Assembly (NCBI GenBank): GCA_964187785.1
Contig: OZ076409.1
Coordinates: forward strand, 25,112,001 to 25,176,000
Direction: 5' to 3'
Source of the DNA: Amphiscolops sp. MND2022
Lineage: Eukaryota
Length of the DNA: 64,000 nt
The notes beneath the pieces were generated by a model. That model did no database searches and had not been told where the DNA came from. It worked only from the letters and a program-made list of their open reading frames with translations. Of the stretch, positions 48,285 through 61,420 are shown piece after piece. The translations under genes and the position numbers were made by a program. Each line of letters begins with the position of its first letter. The stretch's first letter is position 1.

Positions 48285-48660
48285 AGAAGTTAATTTCCCC
48301 ATTACCGCGGGGTGGATGCCGAATAAGCAGTTCTGCTTTTCAAAGTCGGCGCCCTTTCGGATACTATCTCCCCATAGCAAGCTATGGTACCATATTTGCA
48401 GCCAAGTGGTCAAGTAATGGTGGACTTGAAGCTGTGGTTTCAAAGTGACTTGCTCAAGGTCACAAAGGTCTGACTGCTCACCGTTGCTCTTTTTGTTTTG
48501 CTTTTCTCCGCCAAATGCATTATATTTTGTCAATAACCATACCACTAAGCTGGGGATGAAGGACTTGCTTAAGGACCAACAATGGTGAGTTGAGAGAGAT
48601 TCGAACCTGATACCGCCCCCAATACAGGCCGAACGCTCTAACCACAGCGCCATGCTCCCC
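48285..48660 (-). mobile_element. tRNA-derived SINE
   Basis: GGGGAGCATGGCGCTGTGGTTAGAGCG A-box and GGTTCGAATC B-box. The body is shared with 15433-15810. Confidence 0.85.
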
Positions 48661-51244
48661 TGATATATGACGCCATGATATATGAGGAGCCAGTTAGATT
48701 TGGAATAGTGACTTTTGTTGTGGTCACAGTTTTCGAGTTAATTTGACAATTTAACTTTTACACTTTTGACTAAAACGCGCTTTTTCTGAAACGCTTTTAT
48801 GGTAACAGTGTGTAATTTCACGTGTTTCGTAAAACCGTAATTATGCAACTCTTCATATTTGCTTAGTATAATTAAAATGTATTCTTCTGACAAAAAATAT
48901 TGACCCTGTCATTTTTTTTGTGTAGCAAGTGAAAAAAGCTGCACAAGGTCAAGAATGAAAGAAAGTCAATTTTAAAGCTCAAAAATGAAAGAATGAGAGA
49001 ATGTCAATGTATAGGACTATTTAGAAAGACTCTATTGAATGTGATATAAAACGTATTGTATTAAGAATAGATCACCAATTCAAAACTTGCTTGCTCGGTT
49101 GATTCGTGACCTAAAGACCATATTTTTTCTTTTCAAAGAGACAATAATCCTTCAAACAGGTGCTGACCATTCATGCCCAATATCACTAAAAGAATTTACA
49201 ATTTCAAAAAAAAACATCTCATTTTTACAAACTGAATCACCATTGCGTGTCTGTCGCTGCACATTGGAAATCTGGAAATCTCTTGGCTATACGCATTAAA
49301 GTCAAAGTCCAAGGGGGGATTTTCTTTTTAGGGGATTTTCTGGGGGATTTTTGCTACGTCATCTGCAAAGTTCCAGCCTACAGCTTCTAAAAGTTCCGGA
49401 GTTTGAACCATCCGGATCACTGTGTAATTAGTTTTTCAAACAACACCAAGACTATGCACGTCAATTTAGCATCCTGAAGCTTACAGGAAAAATTGATGAG
49501 ATTACCGAAATACTGAATTTTTTTTGTTTTCCATACTTTTCCCATTAATATTTCAACACTCAAGTGTAAGTAAGAAAAATCACATAACAGCAAGTGAATA
49601 TAGAAACTTCGAGACAACCCTAGAAACTACGTTAAGGTAAAAACTCAAAATAATGTTCTCTAGAGCTGTTTTAAAAGATACACTCCGTTTTAATAGAGAC
49701 AAATATTTATGCAGACTGGGTTGAATTTTAACCAGGGTGATCAAACTAGGATAAATCAAAATGCAATAAATATTATTTCCAATTTTTTCGGCAGGGGAAA
49801 CCATTAAACTAAACATGCTCACGGCGATGCATTTTCCACGTTATGATTGAATGTCGAAATCTGAGACCTTGTTTTCAAAGCCGGCATCTATTAAGATTAT
49901 ATTAAAGACCTGGATATTAAAAATTCGATTTAAAAATTGTTCTAAACCCTCTCTCCAAATGTCTCTCCACATTGAAAATGGACATCGGTTTTTAGAGCTC
50001 TATGTTGAATTTTGTGACACGTGTCATGTGACGCGTGACAGTAATGCATCATGACGACAGAAGTTGATGATCTAGTCCGCGATCTAAAATTTCTAAAACA
50101 TGATGAAGTTTGTCTATCCTACGAACTATTGTATATTATGTTCACGTGGAAATCCCATAATAAGTGATACAAAATTGAACTTTTTGAAAGCTCTGATATC
50201 CTCGTTTCATTTTTAAGCAATGTAATATGTTCCATTGAAACCTTTTCCCCTTTTTCTAATGAGAAAAATTTTAAAACGATTGCCAAGATCCTGAACATCT
50301 TCGTTTGATCTGTAACATCTTGTTAAGAATTGTTATATCTTGAACTTTCAACGAGAAAATCGGGTTAGGAAAAATATATGAAACTAATTTGAGCTATAAT
50401 ACTAGGTAATTCCTGTTCTTTCAAGCTTCAAGATTAAAGACGACTAGAGCGTCTTCTAATACAAGATTTACTAGCTTCATTGGTACCGTGAATGCCTATA
50501 AAGTTTCACAAGCTTTTTTCTTGAAGTGTTTGGCACAATCTCGTAAAATGATGCAAGATCAGTGAGCGTTTATCAAAACTTGCTAGATCATTCAAGAATT
50601 TCTTCGAGAGCTACAATTTTATATTGGAAATGTAATTAGGTAGAACAAAATAAGTCTTTTACTATCAACTTGCATAATTTTTTCCGACTTTGATTCGCTG
50701 CGCTGTGACCTGTAACGGAGTAAACCATTTTACCGGGTTACGGGTTATCAAATAGGGGAAACTATGTTACCATTAGGAGTTTTAAAGACTATTAAAGCAA
50801 ATTTAGATGAATTTTTAGAATTTTACTACTCACAAAGTACCAAAAAATTTCAACTCAAAATTATAAGGCGCCAAAAATTAATTTCATGTTCGAATAGTTC
50901 ATGATAAATGTCTTGACTTTCACTCTCTGAAAAACAGTTAAGTTTCAGTTAGGGTATAATAATTTTTATTGCACCGCACAAAAATCACCTGCTCAACTAT
51001 TTCACTTTCATTGAGGCCCGAATTGTCATGTGAACACCCTTCTGAATAGCTGCTTCACTAGTAGGGAACTTTTTGAGAAATTTGTCTCGAAACACACTCA
51101 GTGGCAGTAAAACATCACAGGTGGTGATCAAATATTGATTATAAGGATCACAATTACCCAGGCGATTGGTTTCTCGCCAAATTTTACACAAGAATTCCAT
51201 AAATTATCTGGGAAGTGCATATAATTATACGGCCTACGCCAAAA

Positions 51245-53820
51245 TTATTATTTTCCGCCCATATTTCACATGGGAAAAGAAATATATAAGTCAAACGGGT
51301 TTAATTACGAAATTTGCCAAGCAAAAATTTATACATAACTTTAAAGGTGTTACCCATAGAATTCAACTAGAATAATTTTAGCTTCGTGCGCAATGTATTC
51401 ATGGAGATTTCCGGACTTTTTTGAATGATCCTAAGGACCACAGAATGACCCAAAAATGAGAAAATTTTCAAAAGTTTCCCATTTTTAAGCGTTTTAATGA
51501 AATTTTTATCAATTTTTTGATAGATCTCGAGGATTAGAACATTGAAAACGCTCAACATGACACCAATTCGTTGTCCAGTAGGCTTTTCGAAAGAGATAAT
51601 TGCTCTTTTCCGATTGAAAAAATCTCAAATTGACACCGAAAATGACAAAAATAACAAAAATGACAAAATTTTCCATTTTTCAAAGCTTTTACGCATTTTT
51701 TGTCAAATTTTTGACAGACGTCTGGGAATGAAATGTTTTAAAGGGTCAACAAGGACAGGGCTGAATGTCCAGCAGTCTTTTCTGGAGAATTTATTGCGTT
51801 TCTCCAAATGAAAATGTCTCAAATTGACACCGAAAATGACAAAAATCCGAAAAAAAAGTTTCCAATGTTCAAAGATTTTATGCATTTTTTTTCTAAATTT
51901 CCGACGGACGTTGTAGATTGGAACGCTGAAAAGGGTCAAAAAAATGTGTTGTCCATTAGGATTTCCGAAGAGTTTATTGCAGTTTTCTAAGTGAAAATGT
52001 CTCAAATTGACACCAAAAATGAGAAAAAACCCAAACTTTTCCTTTTGACAAAGTTTTTTTTTGCATTTTTTGTTAATGTTTTGACAGACTTCGTCAATTG
52101 GAACTTTGAAAAAGGTCAAAAAGGAAAGAATGTGTGTGTCGTCCAGTATGCTTAAAAAAAGGTAAATGCAGTTTTTCAAACGAAAACTGTCCGGAATTGA
52201 CATCGAAAGACAAACTTTCCAATTTTTACTATTTTTGTTCAATTTTTGTCAAAATATCGATACACTTCGTGGACTAGATTTGTAAAACGCCTAAGGCATG
52301 GGAGAACGTGTTGTTTCGTTGAGGTTTTGCCACGAGATAAGTTCAAATTGTAAAAGAAAATTGACTCAAATAGAAACTGAATTGTCGTTTTTGTGATGCA
52401 TTTTCTGTACAATCTTCGAAAGGTTTAGTTGTGAGTTCGAACTTAATCAACTCAACAACGAAAGAACGAGCAACGCATTACGTTTTTTGAAGAGAACGTT
52501 GCAGCGTTTTGCTTCAAAATCACTTCAGAATGACTCCAAAGCCGTCAAAAAATTTCAACATCTTCGTTTTCGTTCATCTTGTGTACTTTTTGAACCGTTT
52601 TGGAGTCAGAGTTTTGGCAAATGTGCAACAAAGACTGAGCTCATAATCCAATAGGCTTTTAAAGAAATGTTGCCGATTTCAATTGGAAAAGTGTCCGCAA
52701 AAAGTCGAAAATGTCAAAAGTTTTGTCAATTTTTGACATTTTCAGTGAATTTTTATTCGAGATTGTCTAATTTGTGGTCAAAAGCTTCCTCAGAATGACC
52801 CAAGGTTTGGAAAATGGTTTGAAAAGCTCAACAGTGATTATTCCGGGTATCTCCAGTAGGCAATTTTGAAGAGCTAATTGCATTTTTTTGTCGAAATAGA
52901 CCTCAAAAACACCCAAATATCCAAGAAACAACAAAAAAGCAAGTTGTTTGACAATTGAATGCCAACCTTTGTTCAAACCACGAACGTTTTTGAAAAATTG
53001 AACTTCCAATGACCTGAGCGTTGAAACAATAAGTTGTTCAAAACGCAAGTGGGTAAAAAGTGGGATGAAGTTCATCGAGTTTACAACAAAGGTGTCAAGG
53101 TTTTCGTTTCAACTTTCGTTTTTTTTTCATCATCATTCCAAAAACCGACCCTTTCCAAAAATTTACTTCAATCAGAAACAACATAGGCTCAAGAATGAAA
53201 CGTGAAGCTACCGGTAGTGTTCCGAAGATATCAGACAAGTTTATTTGCGCAACTTTCAAAAACTTTACTAGAAAACATAAATTTCGACCTCATTTGTCCA
53301 ATATTTAATATTCAAAAACCTCCAAGCAAAATCAGCAGATATGGAGTACTCCTTCCAAAGGAAAAGATTTCAAACTACTTCGTGGGTTAAAATAGCGTGA
53401 ACATTCAACAACAACTATACTCGGTGTCCAGTAGGCTTATTTTTGAAGAGACATCCGTAAATTCATGTTAGAAAAGTTCCTCAAATTGACCCCAAAGTTG
53501 TCAAAACTGTTTCTAAAAATTGACACTTCTTGTAAAACTATGTTCAATAACATAACCGTGATCGCTCCACTTTCCTAAATTTGCAAAGGACCTAGTTTCA
53601 AGCTTTTTTCTTTTTCTCAGTGCCAAAAATTACCCCAGAGAATTACGCCTGAAACTCGGAAACCACTTTTTCTCCAACAAGAATCACAAAAAGTTTTTTT
53701 GAAAAGTTTTCGGTAAAGTTCTGTTATGGCGAAACGAGTTTCAGCTCGCAAAACTATTTTTCTCAAGCCGAAATCAACTATGAGAGCAAGGGGGTATTCT
53801 TCGACCAAATTAAAGTTTCG
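51245..53820 (+). mobile_element. Helentron-like family B element, 3'-truncated copy
   Basis: Colinear diverged homologue of 54648-57500, with the same TATTTTCCG(C/T)CC start and internal repeats of about 180 bp. Confidence 0.65.
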
Positions 53821-54647
53821 GAAGGACGCACAGATATAAAAAAACGAGTAAGCTCTGGAAAACGGGTAGAATGGATTCAATGTCTGGGCACTTCCGTGAC
53901 CTCCGACTAAACTGCCCTCACTCTCTTGGAAAGAGCCGTGGTACACAACCGTTTGGCTGTCTGAGTATATCCGAGATAGCTTCTTGTATTTTTTTTAGAT
54001 CGTTGCCTTCTCCGCTTAGATACATGTCGAATTTTATGTTCAAGCCACTTTTCGTTCCACGATGACTAATATAGTAGCATGTGATTTACAACTGGAGTAC
54101 AATTTATCACTGATTTTTACAAGCTTTCGATTCTGACCTTACGTCGTTGTGGCACTGACCATAATCAGGTGGTTTTTCGTGTATGTGTAATTCGTTGCTA
54201 CTGCGCCGGATTTTTTCCAGAAAACACTTCGTGGCCAATTGGTTACACTGGATCATCAAACGCACAATATGAGTATTCAGTGTGTGGATTGACCCAAACA
54301 CAATTGAACTTAAATCAATAACTTTTTTCATTTAACTATGGATAGTGTTATTTTTGTTTTTCTTTCTCAGCCCGTTTCCGAAGTGTATTCGAAAGCTGAT
54401 TTCTCAAAGTGATTTGTATTCACATTCGCTGCCATTGTAGATCTAGTTGTATAACTTTACTTTTTGATTTTTACTAAAAGACAGATTGGTAGCTACATTG
54501 CATTCACGGGAGATTTGTCACTATTTTCAGTCTCCATTTTAGCAGGCAGCAGTAAATAGTTTACAGGTTATGTTTTTTCGACTGTAGTTATTTAGTCTTT
54601 CCTTCTCACCAGACAATGAAGCTGAGGCTAGGAGTACTGATATTTTT

Positions 54648-57500
54648 GTTATTTTCCGTCCATATTTCATATGGGAAAGGAAAATATTTAAATCAAACGG
54701 GTTTTTTGTTCACAAAATTTGCCAAACACGAAATTTATATTTAACTTTAAGGGTGTTACCCATAAAATTCAACTCACCTAATATTAGCTTCGGGTGACTT
54801 GTATTTGTGAAGATTTCTGGACTTTTTTAGTTGACCCCAAGGACTCCAGAATGACTCAAAAATGACCCACAAAATAGTAAAAACTGCAAAAAATTCCAAT
54901 TTTTAACGTTTTTATGCAATTTTGTCAAATTTTCGATAAGCTTCGTGGATTAGAATGTTGGAAATGCTCAACACGGCACTAATTTGTTGTCCAGTACGCT
55001 TTTCCATACTGAAAAATCTCAAATTGACACCGAAAAAGACAAAAACCCAAAAATGTCCAATTTTCAAACTTTTTATGCAATTTTTTTTCAAATTTTCAAC
55101 GGAGTTTGTGAATTGGAACGTTGAAAAGGGTCAACAAAGAAAAATTGTGTTGTCCAGTAGGCTTTTCTGAAGAGTTTATTGCATTGGTCTAAACGAAATT
55201 GTCTCAAATTAACACCAAAAATGACAAAAACTTATAAATTTCAAAATTTCAAAGTTATTATGCATTTTTTTGCTAAAGTTTGGACAGACGTCGTGGATTG
55301 GAATGTTTCAAAGGGTCAACAAGGGAAAATTTGGTTGTCCAGTAGTCTTTAATGAAGAGATAATTGCATTGTTCTGAATGAAAACGTCTCGAATTGACAC
55401 CGAAACTGACAAAAACCACAAAATTTTCTATTTTTCAAAGATTTTATGCTTTTTTTTCCAAATTTTTGACAGACTTCGTCAACTGGGTAGTTGAAAAGGG
55501 TCAACAAGGAAAAAATTGTTGTCTAGTATGCTTAGAAAAAAGATAAACGCAGTTTCACCATTTTTGTTTACCACGTTTGTTCGATTTTTGTCAAAATATC
55601 GATAGACTTCGTGGACTAGAGTGTTAAAACACCTAAACCATTGGCGAACTTGTTATATCAAAGAACTTTCTTCTCGAGATTAGTTCAAGTTGTAAAAGAA
55701 AATGCCTCAAAATGACTCTGAATGGATTGTAGAAAAATTTGAAATTTTTGTTTTTTTTTGATGCAATTTCTGTACATTTTCCGACAGATTTTGTTCTAAG
55801 TTCTAACATAATCAACTCAACAATGGAAGAACGAGCTTTGCATTACAATTTTCAAATAGATTGTCGTAGGCAGCGTTTTGCTTCAAAAACACTTCAGAAT
55901 GACTCGGAAGGAGTCGAAAAATTTCGACATCTTCGTTTTTGTGCAACTTTTGTACTTTTTGAATCGTTTTGGAGTAAGAATGTTGGAAAACATTCAATAA
56001 AGACTAAACTCGAAATCCAGTAGGCTTTCAAAGGAAAAGTTGCAGACGCGGTTGGAGAATGGTTCAAAATTGACAGCGAAAAGTCAAAAAATGTCAAAAT
56101 TTTTGTCGATTTTCGACAGTTTCAACGAATTTTTATTTGAGATTGGAAAGTTTCGGTAAAATAAAAGCTTCGAAAAGCTCCAATTGATAACCCTGGGTCC
56201 GAAACATGTTTTTTTAATGATTTTAAAAATGAAACATGATTTTTAAAAAAGCCTAATTTATGGTCGAAATTTTCCTCAGATTGACCCAGATATTGGAAAA
56301 ACTGAAAAGTTTCAAGATTTTTTAAACAATTGTTGGCAGTATTTTATACAAATTTTGAGCTACTTCCTTGCATAAAATGGTTTAAAAAACTCAATAATGA
56401 CTAATCCGGGTATCTCCAATAGGCAATTTTGAAAAGACAACTGCTTTTTTGTTGGAATTGGCTTAAAAACACCAGGAAATCCATGAAACAACAAAGCACG
56501 TTGTTTGACAAACTAATCACAATTTTCGTTCAAACCACGAACGTTTCTGAAGAATAGAACTTCAAATGACATGAGCGTTGAAACAATAGGTTATTCAAAA
56601 CGCAATTGGGAAAAAGTGGGATGAAGTTCATCTAGTGTACAACAAAGGTGTCAAAATATCCGAACTTTCTTTATTTTCAACAGCCCAGTCTTCAATTTTT
56701 TTTCCAAAAATTCACATCAATCAGAAATACCAAAGGTACAAGATTGAAACGTGTAGCTACAGGGTGTTTTTCGCACTGATAGGAGACAAGTTTATATGCC
56801 AATTTTCAAAAACTTTACTTGAAAACGTAGATTTTGACCACATTTACCCAATATTTAATATTCAAAACCCTCCAAGCAAAATCACCAGATATGCAGTACA
56901 CCTTCCAAAAGTAGATGTTTTGAATTACTTCGTGGCTTCGAATGGTATAAACATTCAACAACAGCTATACTCGGTTTGCAGTAGGCTCAAGTTTGAAGAG
57001 ACATCTGTAGATTCGTGTTAGAAATTTCCTCAAATTGACCACAAGCTTGTCAAATCTATTTCCAATTTTGGCACTTCTGTTGAAACTAGGCGCATTAATA
57101 AAACAAACCGAGATCACTCAACTTTCCTAAATTTGCAAAGGATCTCGTTTCAAGCTTTCACCATATTCTCAGTGCAAGAAATTACCTCAAGACATACGCC
57201 TGAGACTACGAAACCTCTTTTTGCTCAACAGGAATAACCAAAAATCCATTTTTTTGTTTTTTTTTCGGTAAAGTTTCAGGATTGCAAAACGAGTTTCAGC
57301 TCGCAAAACTTCTTTTCTCAACCTGAAATCAAAACTATGAAAGCAAGAGGGTACTCTGTGACCAAATGAATCGAAGCTTTCCATATTTCGAACTTCTTCG
57401 CGTTTTTATAGTGCATTGGCTATACTTCAGCCTCAAGCTTATTTAGTTGTAGAACGGTTTGAGGCGGAGAATATCTGGCTGCTCAGCAGGCGTCTTGTTT
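54648..57500 (+). mobile_element. Helentron-like family B element, about 2.85 kb, non-coding
   Basis: 5' TATTTTCCGTCC plus CCATAT..ATATGG palindrome. 3' GGCGGAGAATA, then hairpin CTGC-TCA-GCAG, then CTTGTT. Confidence 0.7.
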
Positions 57501-57599
57501 TTTATCGAGAGACAAATTGATGAAAGGAAAAACCAAAGGCAGACTGATGTTGCACTGAGGGGTCGTCTTTATCGACAACGAGATTCTAGCAAAATTTAA

Positions 57600-60500
57600 C
57601 ATTAGCAATGATCGAAATCAACTCTGATAATTTATAAACTGTGATCTCCAATGTTCATGATGAAAATTATCGAAACGTTTTCACTTCGATGTTCCAAAAA
57701 CTTACCGGAAAAGACCAAAAAATCATTCAACTTACTAACAGAGTGGAGGATTTGGAGAAGAGGGTATTGGACCAGGAGCGTCATTCATCAAAGGTTTCCT
57801 TTCTTTTTATAACGTTCCAATTGGCAAAAATGTAAGGCTGGAAAAGGGTATGTATCACTTTTTGTTTGATTTTCTGAATATAAGCTCCTAACCTGAAAAT
57901 TTCAAAACTTATCATAAATAAATTTGTCTAGTCTTTTCAAAGGACTTTGCTTACTGACTCAACTAATTTTCTTAGCTGAAGGCTCGCGTTTATTACGGAG
58001 TTTTTGCCAAACTTTGATCGAGACATCCAGATTGAAGCTTCAGAGGGTACATTCGTTACTACGACGCGTAATTCTGAAGTTCGCGTGTTTGTGAAAAAGC
58101 TACACAATCAAGTACAGTCTATTGGAATCTTGGAATCAAAAGATTGCAAGTGTTCAAACACTTAGCTCCACGAGTGGTTCATCGTGAGAAGCAACTTACC
58201 AATACGACAAATCAAACGTTCAGATTTGGATCTAAAGTGGAAGATACACAGACACCAATAACGAAAAAATCAAATGACAAAAATACCCCAGATACAGATG
58301 GTAAAACGGTAGCTTAGAAAAGCGATAGTTTACTTGTTTTTGGTAAATAACATAATACTTCACTGGAAACTAAGTGCTTGTATTTAGGTTGTTGGTATAA
58401 ACTATCGCGTTTCTATCAAATAAACTCAATCTTTCTCAATCTCAATTGAAAATCTATTATCGAACTTACTCTTTCAGAGTATTGTTCTTTCGATTCGAAA
58501 CACCGCGCCTCAGGCCAAGAGCGAAGGCAGTTGACCTTTTTGTTCAAGAATCTATTTCATACAAGCCCTTGATTTTTGAAACAAAATCGAATGTCTTATG
58601 AAAGAGATGGATTTCGGCAACAATCAAATTTTGTACTTTTGGTACCAAGATCTCAGAGTCACAGGCTGAAAAACTTTTTGCTGCAGGCAATTGGAAGAAT
58701 TATTGTCATGTTTGAAAACATGATACTGTTATATTTGGAGACTTCAAAAACGATAGACTTGTAGACTCTGAATCCAGAAGTGATTATGAGAATTTACTGT
58801 ATGAATTCGATGTCAATCAGTACAATTTTCAGCCAACCAGGGTTACCACAACATCATTCATTTCTTTGTATCATTTCATCACAAGCTTCCAAACGAAAAC
58901 GCAGACAATCCCCATAACAATTAGTGATCATTTTTGTGTTCTAGATGACGTCCTTTTATCAACACGGTAAGAAAATAAAAACCTTCTTTTCAAAAAACAA
59001 CGGACCGTCTTTGAATTAGAATAAAATTGCATTGAAATTTCGGTTTTTGTTAGATCAAACAAGCCGGGATCGGCATAAGTCGGCGCCGATTCTAACGCTG
59101 AAAAATAGCAAAATAATGTCAAAGTGTCAAGTATTCTTTTGCAGTACCTGAAAATGTCAAGTATTTATTTACAGTACGAATGTTGGGCCGAATCGGCACG
59201 CAGGAAAAATTTTCTCACAATGCCAAAAAACTGAAAGGGGTACCCTCTGGGTTTTTTCAACATCTATGCTGTCGCAAATTATCAAATATCAAACAAATTT
59301 AAAGGACCTTTGGCCGGAAAAAAACGAACGACACCGGAGGGATAGGCCAAGTGGAAAAATTCGCACGATCGATAATTGAATGTGTTGATCGTTTCGCACC
59401 AGAAAAATATGTCAAGTCACAAAACAATGGAACTAAACGGGTTACAAACAAAGTTTAAATTGCCATGACAAACCCGATGAGTTTTTTCACAAATGGGTAC
59501 TTCCCAGTGATTTTGATAGAGAAACAACAAAAAAACAACACAAATTAGTCGTTTCAGTCATACGAAATACAAAAAAGGAACTACTTTCAAATGACGTGAA
59601 AGATCTACAAAGACGATGTTTAGAACATTGAAAAGCCAAAAACGAAGTAATCAATCACAAGACCTGAAAAAAGATATTCATGAATTGAATAGGTTTTCCA
59701 CATCTATAGGTCCTGAACTCTTCCAGCAAGCACCAAATCCACATCATAATATTGCTCTCCCATGTTTGAATAAGACAATGGTTTTGAGTTTTGATTGTTG
59801 TTAGTCCCGCAGAAGTTTCTCAAATTATTTTTAAAATGAAAAGAAAAGTTCTAGATCTCATGTTGTTAGCAATGAAATACTCAATTGCCGCTCATCAGTG
59901 GTAGAAGAGCATCTCTAAAGGATTCAATGAGTTCCTCAAGATTGGGAAGTTTCCAGAATTCCTGAAATTTGTCAATGTTCTCGCGCTCCACAAACAAGGT
60001 GATTACTACTAAGTTTTACTAAGGTCTACTGAGTTCAAAACATAAGGGCTTTCAGAAACTGTTATACAACCGGATGATTAAATTTTTTGTCAAGAAAGAT
60101 CTTTCTACTCCAGTACAGTTCGATATTTTGTCTAACTATTCGTCCTTTCATGCAATGAGCGAAATAACCGCTTTCATACGTGATTCAATTGACAACAACT
60201 TCCGTGTCGAACATGTTTTATTGATCCCAGAAAAAATTTGATTCCTTGGACCACTCTCAATTGATGAAGAAACTTTACATAAACGCTTTAGAGGTCCTAT
60301 ATTTCATCCTATATATCCTACCTATCAATTAGATGGCAATATGTATTTGATAAGGAAAGAAACACCAAAAAACATCCTCTGTTGTCACTAGTATACCTCA
60401 GGTTTCCATCTTGGGTCCTTTCTTTTATCTATTTATATCAAGGACCTGCTTCTGTTTGTTAAACGGAAAGTAAAATAGCAAGATTTGTAGACGATACTTA

Positions 60501-61420
60501 TTTGTTCCAATCCGGAAAACACAATTCATTGCCGAATTAAAATGCTATAAATGAAATAACAAACTGACGAAACAACACAAAATGACAGTTCTTAGAGTCT
60601 ATTGGTAATTAAGGCTTTGTCTCCCTGTCTGATTCCGCATGTTCTATAGTACGGTTGGAGGTCACGTTTGTTGTCGACTGCGCATGTCACACTTACAACA
60701 ATCTGTCCAACAAGTTTTCAAAATCAACACCCCTGATAAACCTCCCTACAAATACTTAGGTGTTCATTTGGACCCTCAGCTCAATTTCAGGGAACATTTT
60801 AGCTGCGTTGCAAAAACAATTGACAAAATTCTGCGGTGTATAGGGTCAAGTATATGTACCCAAAGTAATGTCTTTCAACGTTTCATAACTCCTATGTTAA
60901 CGCTATCATCAATTATAGTGTAATATTCTGTGGGAATGCCTACAAAAATAATTTGGTAAGTATTGACCAATATCAGTTTTTATTAGAGCAATTTTTAGAG
61001 CAATAAGTTTCAAAAAAATAACAGCCTGAAGGATGTTTACAAACAAACGTTTGTTCAATAATCAATTTTTTCGCGAAATTGAAAATAAATTGCGATTGAA
61101 ATCTCCGTTCGATTTTCAGAATGAAATAAATAATCGGAAGCTGTATGATACTCGACGTTCAGTCACTAAAAGTAAGTATTTGAAAGATAATCTACGCAGA
61201 GGGTACAATAGGTTGACTAGTATGTATCTGTTTCCCCCTAACCTCACCACTTTAACTGATTACCAAACAAAACACTACCTCGATACTATCTGTAACTTGC
61301 ACATCAAAGACAGTCAGGATTTGACAATTTTGTATTTCAATTGAATTGTTCGTTTTTTCTTTACCTAGTTTATCAGAGGTAAAACATAATTCACGTGATA
61401 ACCAATATTGAAAGTATTAT
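57600..61420 (+). pseudogene. Decayed near-full-length LINE (CR1/L2-like): ORF1 coiled-coil and ORF2 RT remnants
   Basis: LTNRVEDLEKRVLDQERHS (ORF1-like), GKFPEFLK...LHKQGD, IPQVSILGPFLLSIYIKDL, FVDDT, YKYLGVHLDPQLNFREH. Many stops and frameshifts. Confidence 0.8.
59058..59330 (-). mobile_element. Family A Helentron-like fragment inserted in the LINE
   Basis: ACAAGCCGGGATCGGCATAAGTCGGCGCC (reverse 3' end), plus the family's CACAATGCC..AAAGGGG..CCCT motifs. Confidence 0.6.

Noticed and set aside
48585..48660. Functional tRNA gene
   Set aside because: No complete cloverleaf. It continues into a body shared with another copy, so it is a SINE head.
54107..54331. Possible host exon with a GTAAG donor on the minus strand
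   Set aside because: No recognisable protein motif and no partner exons could be supported.
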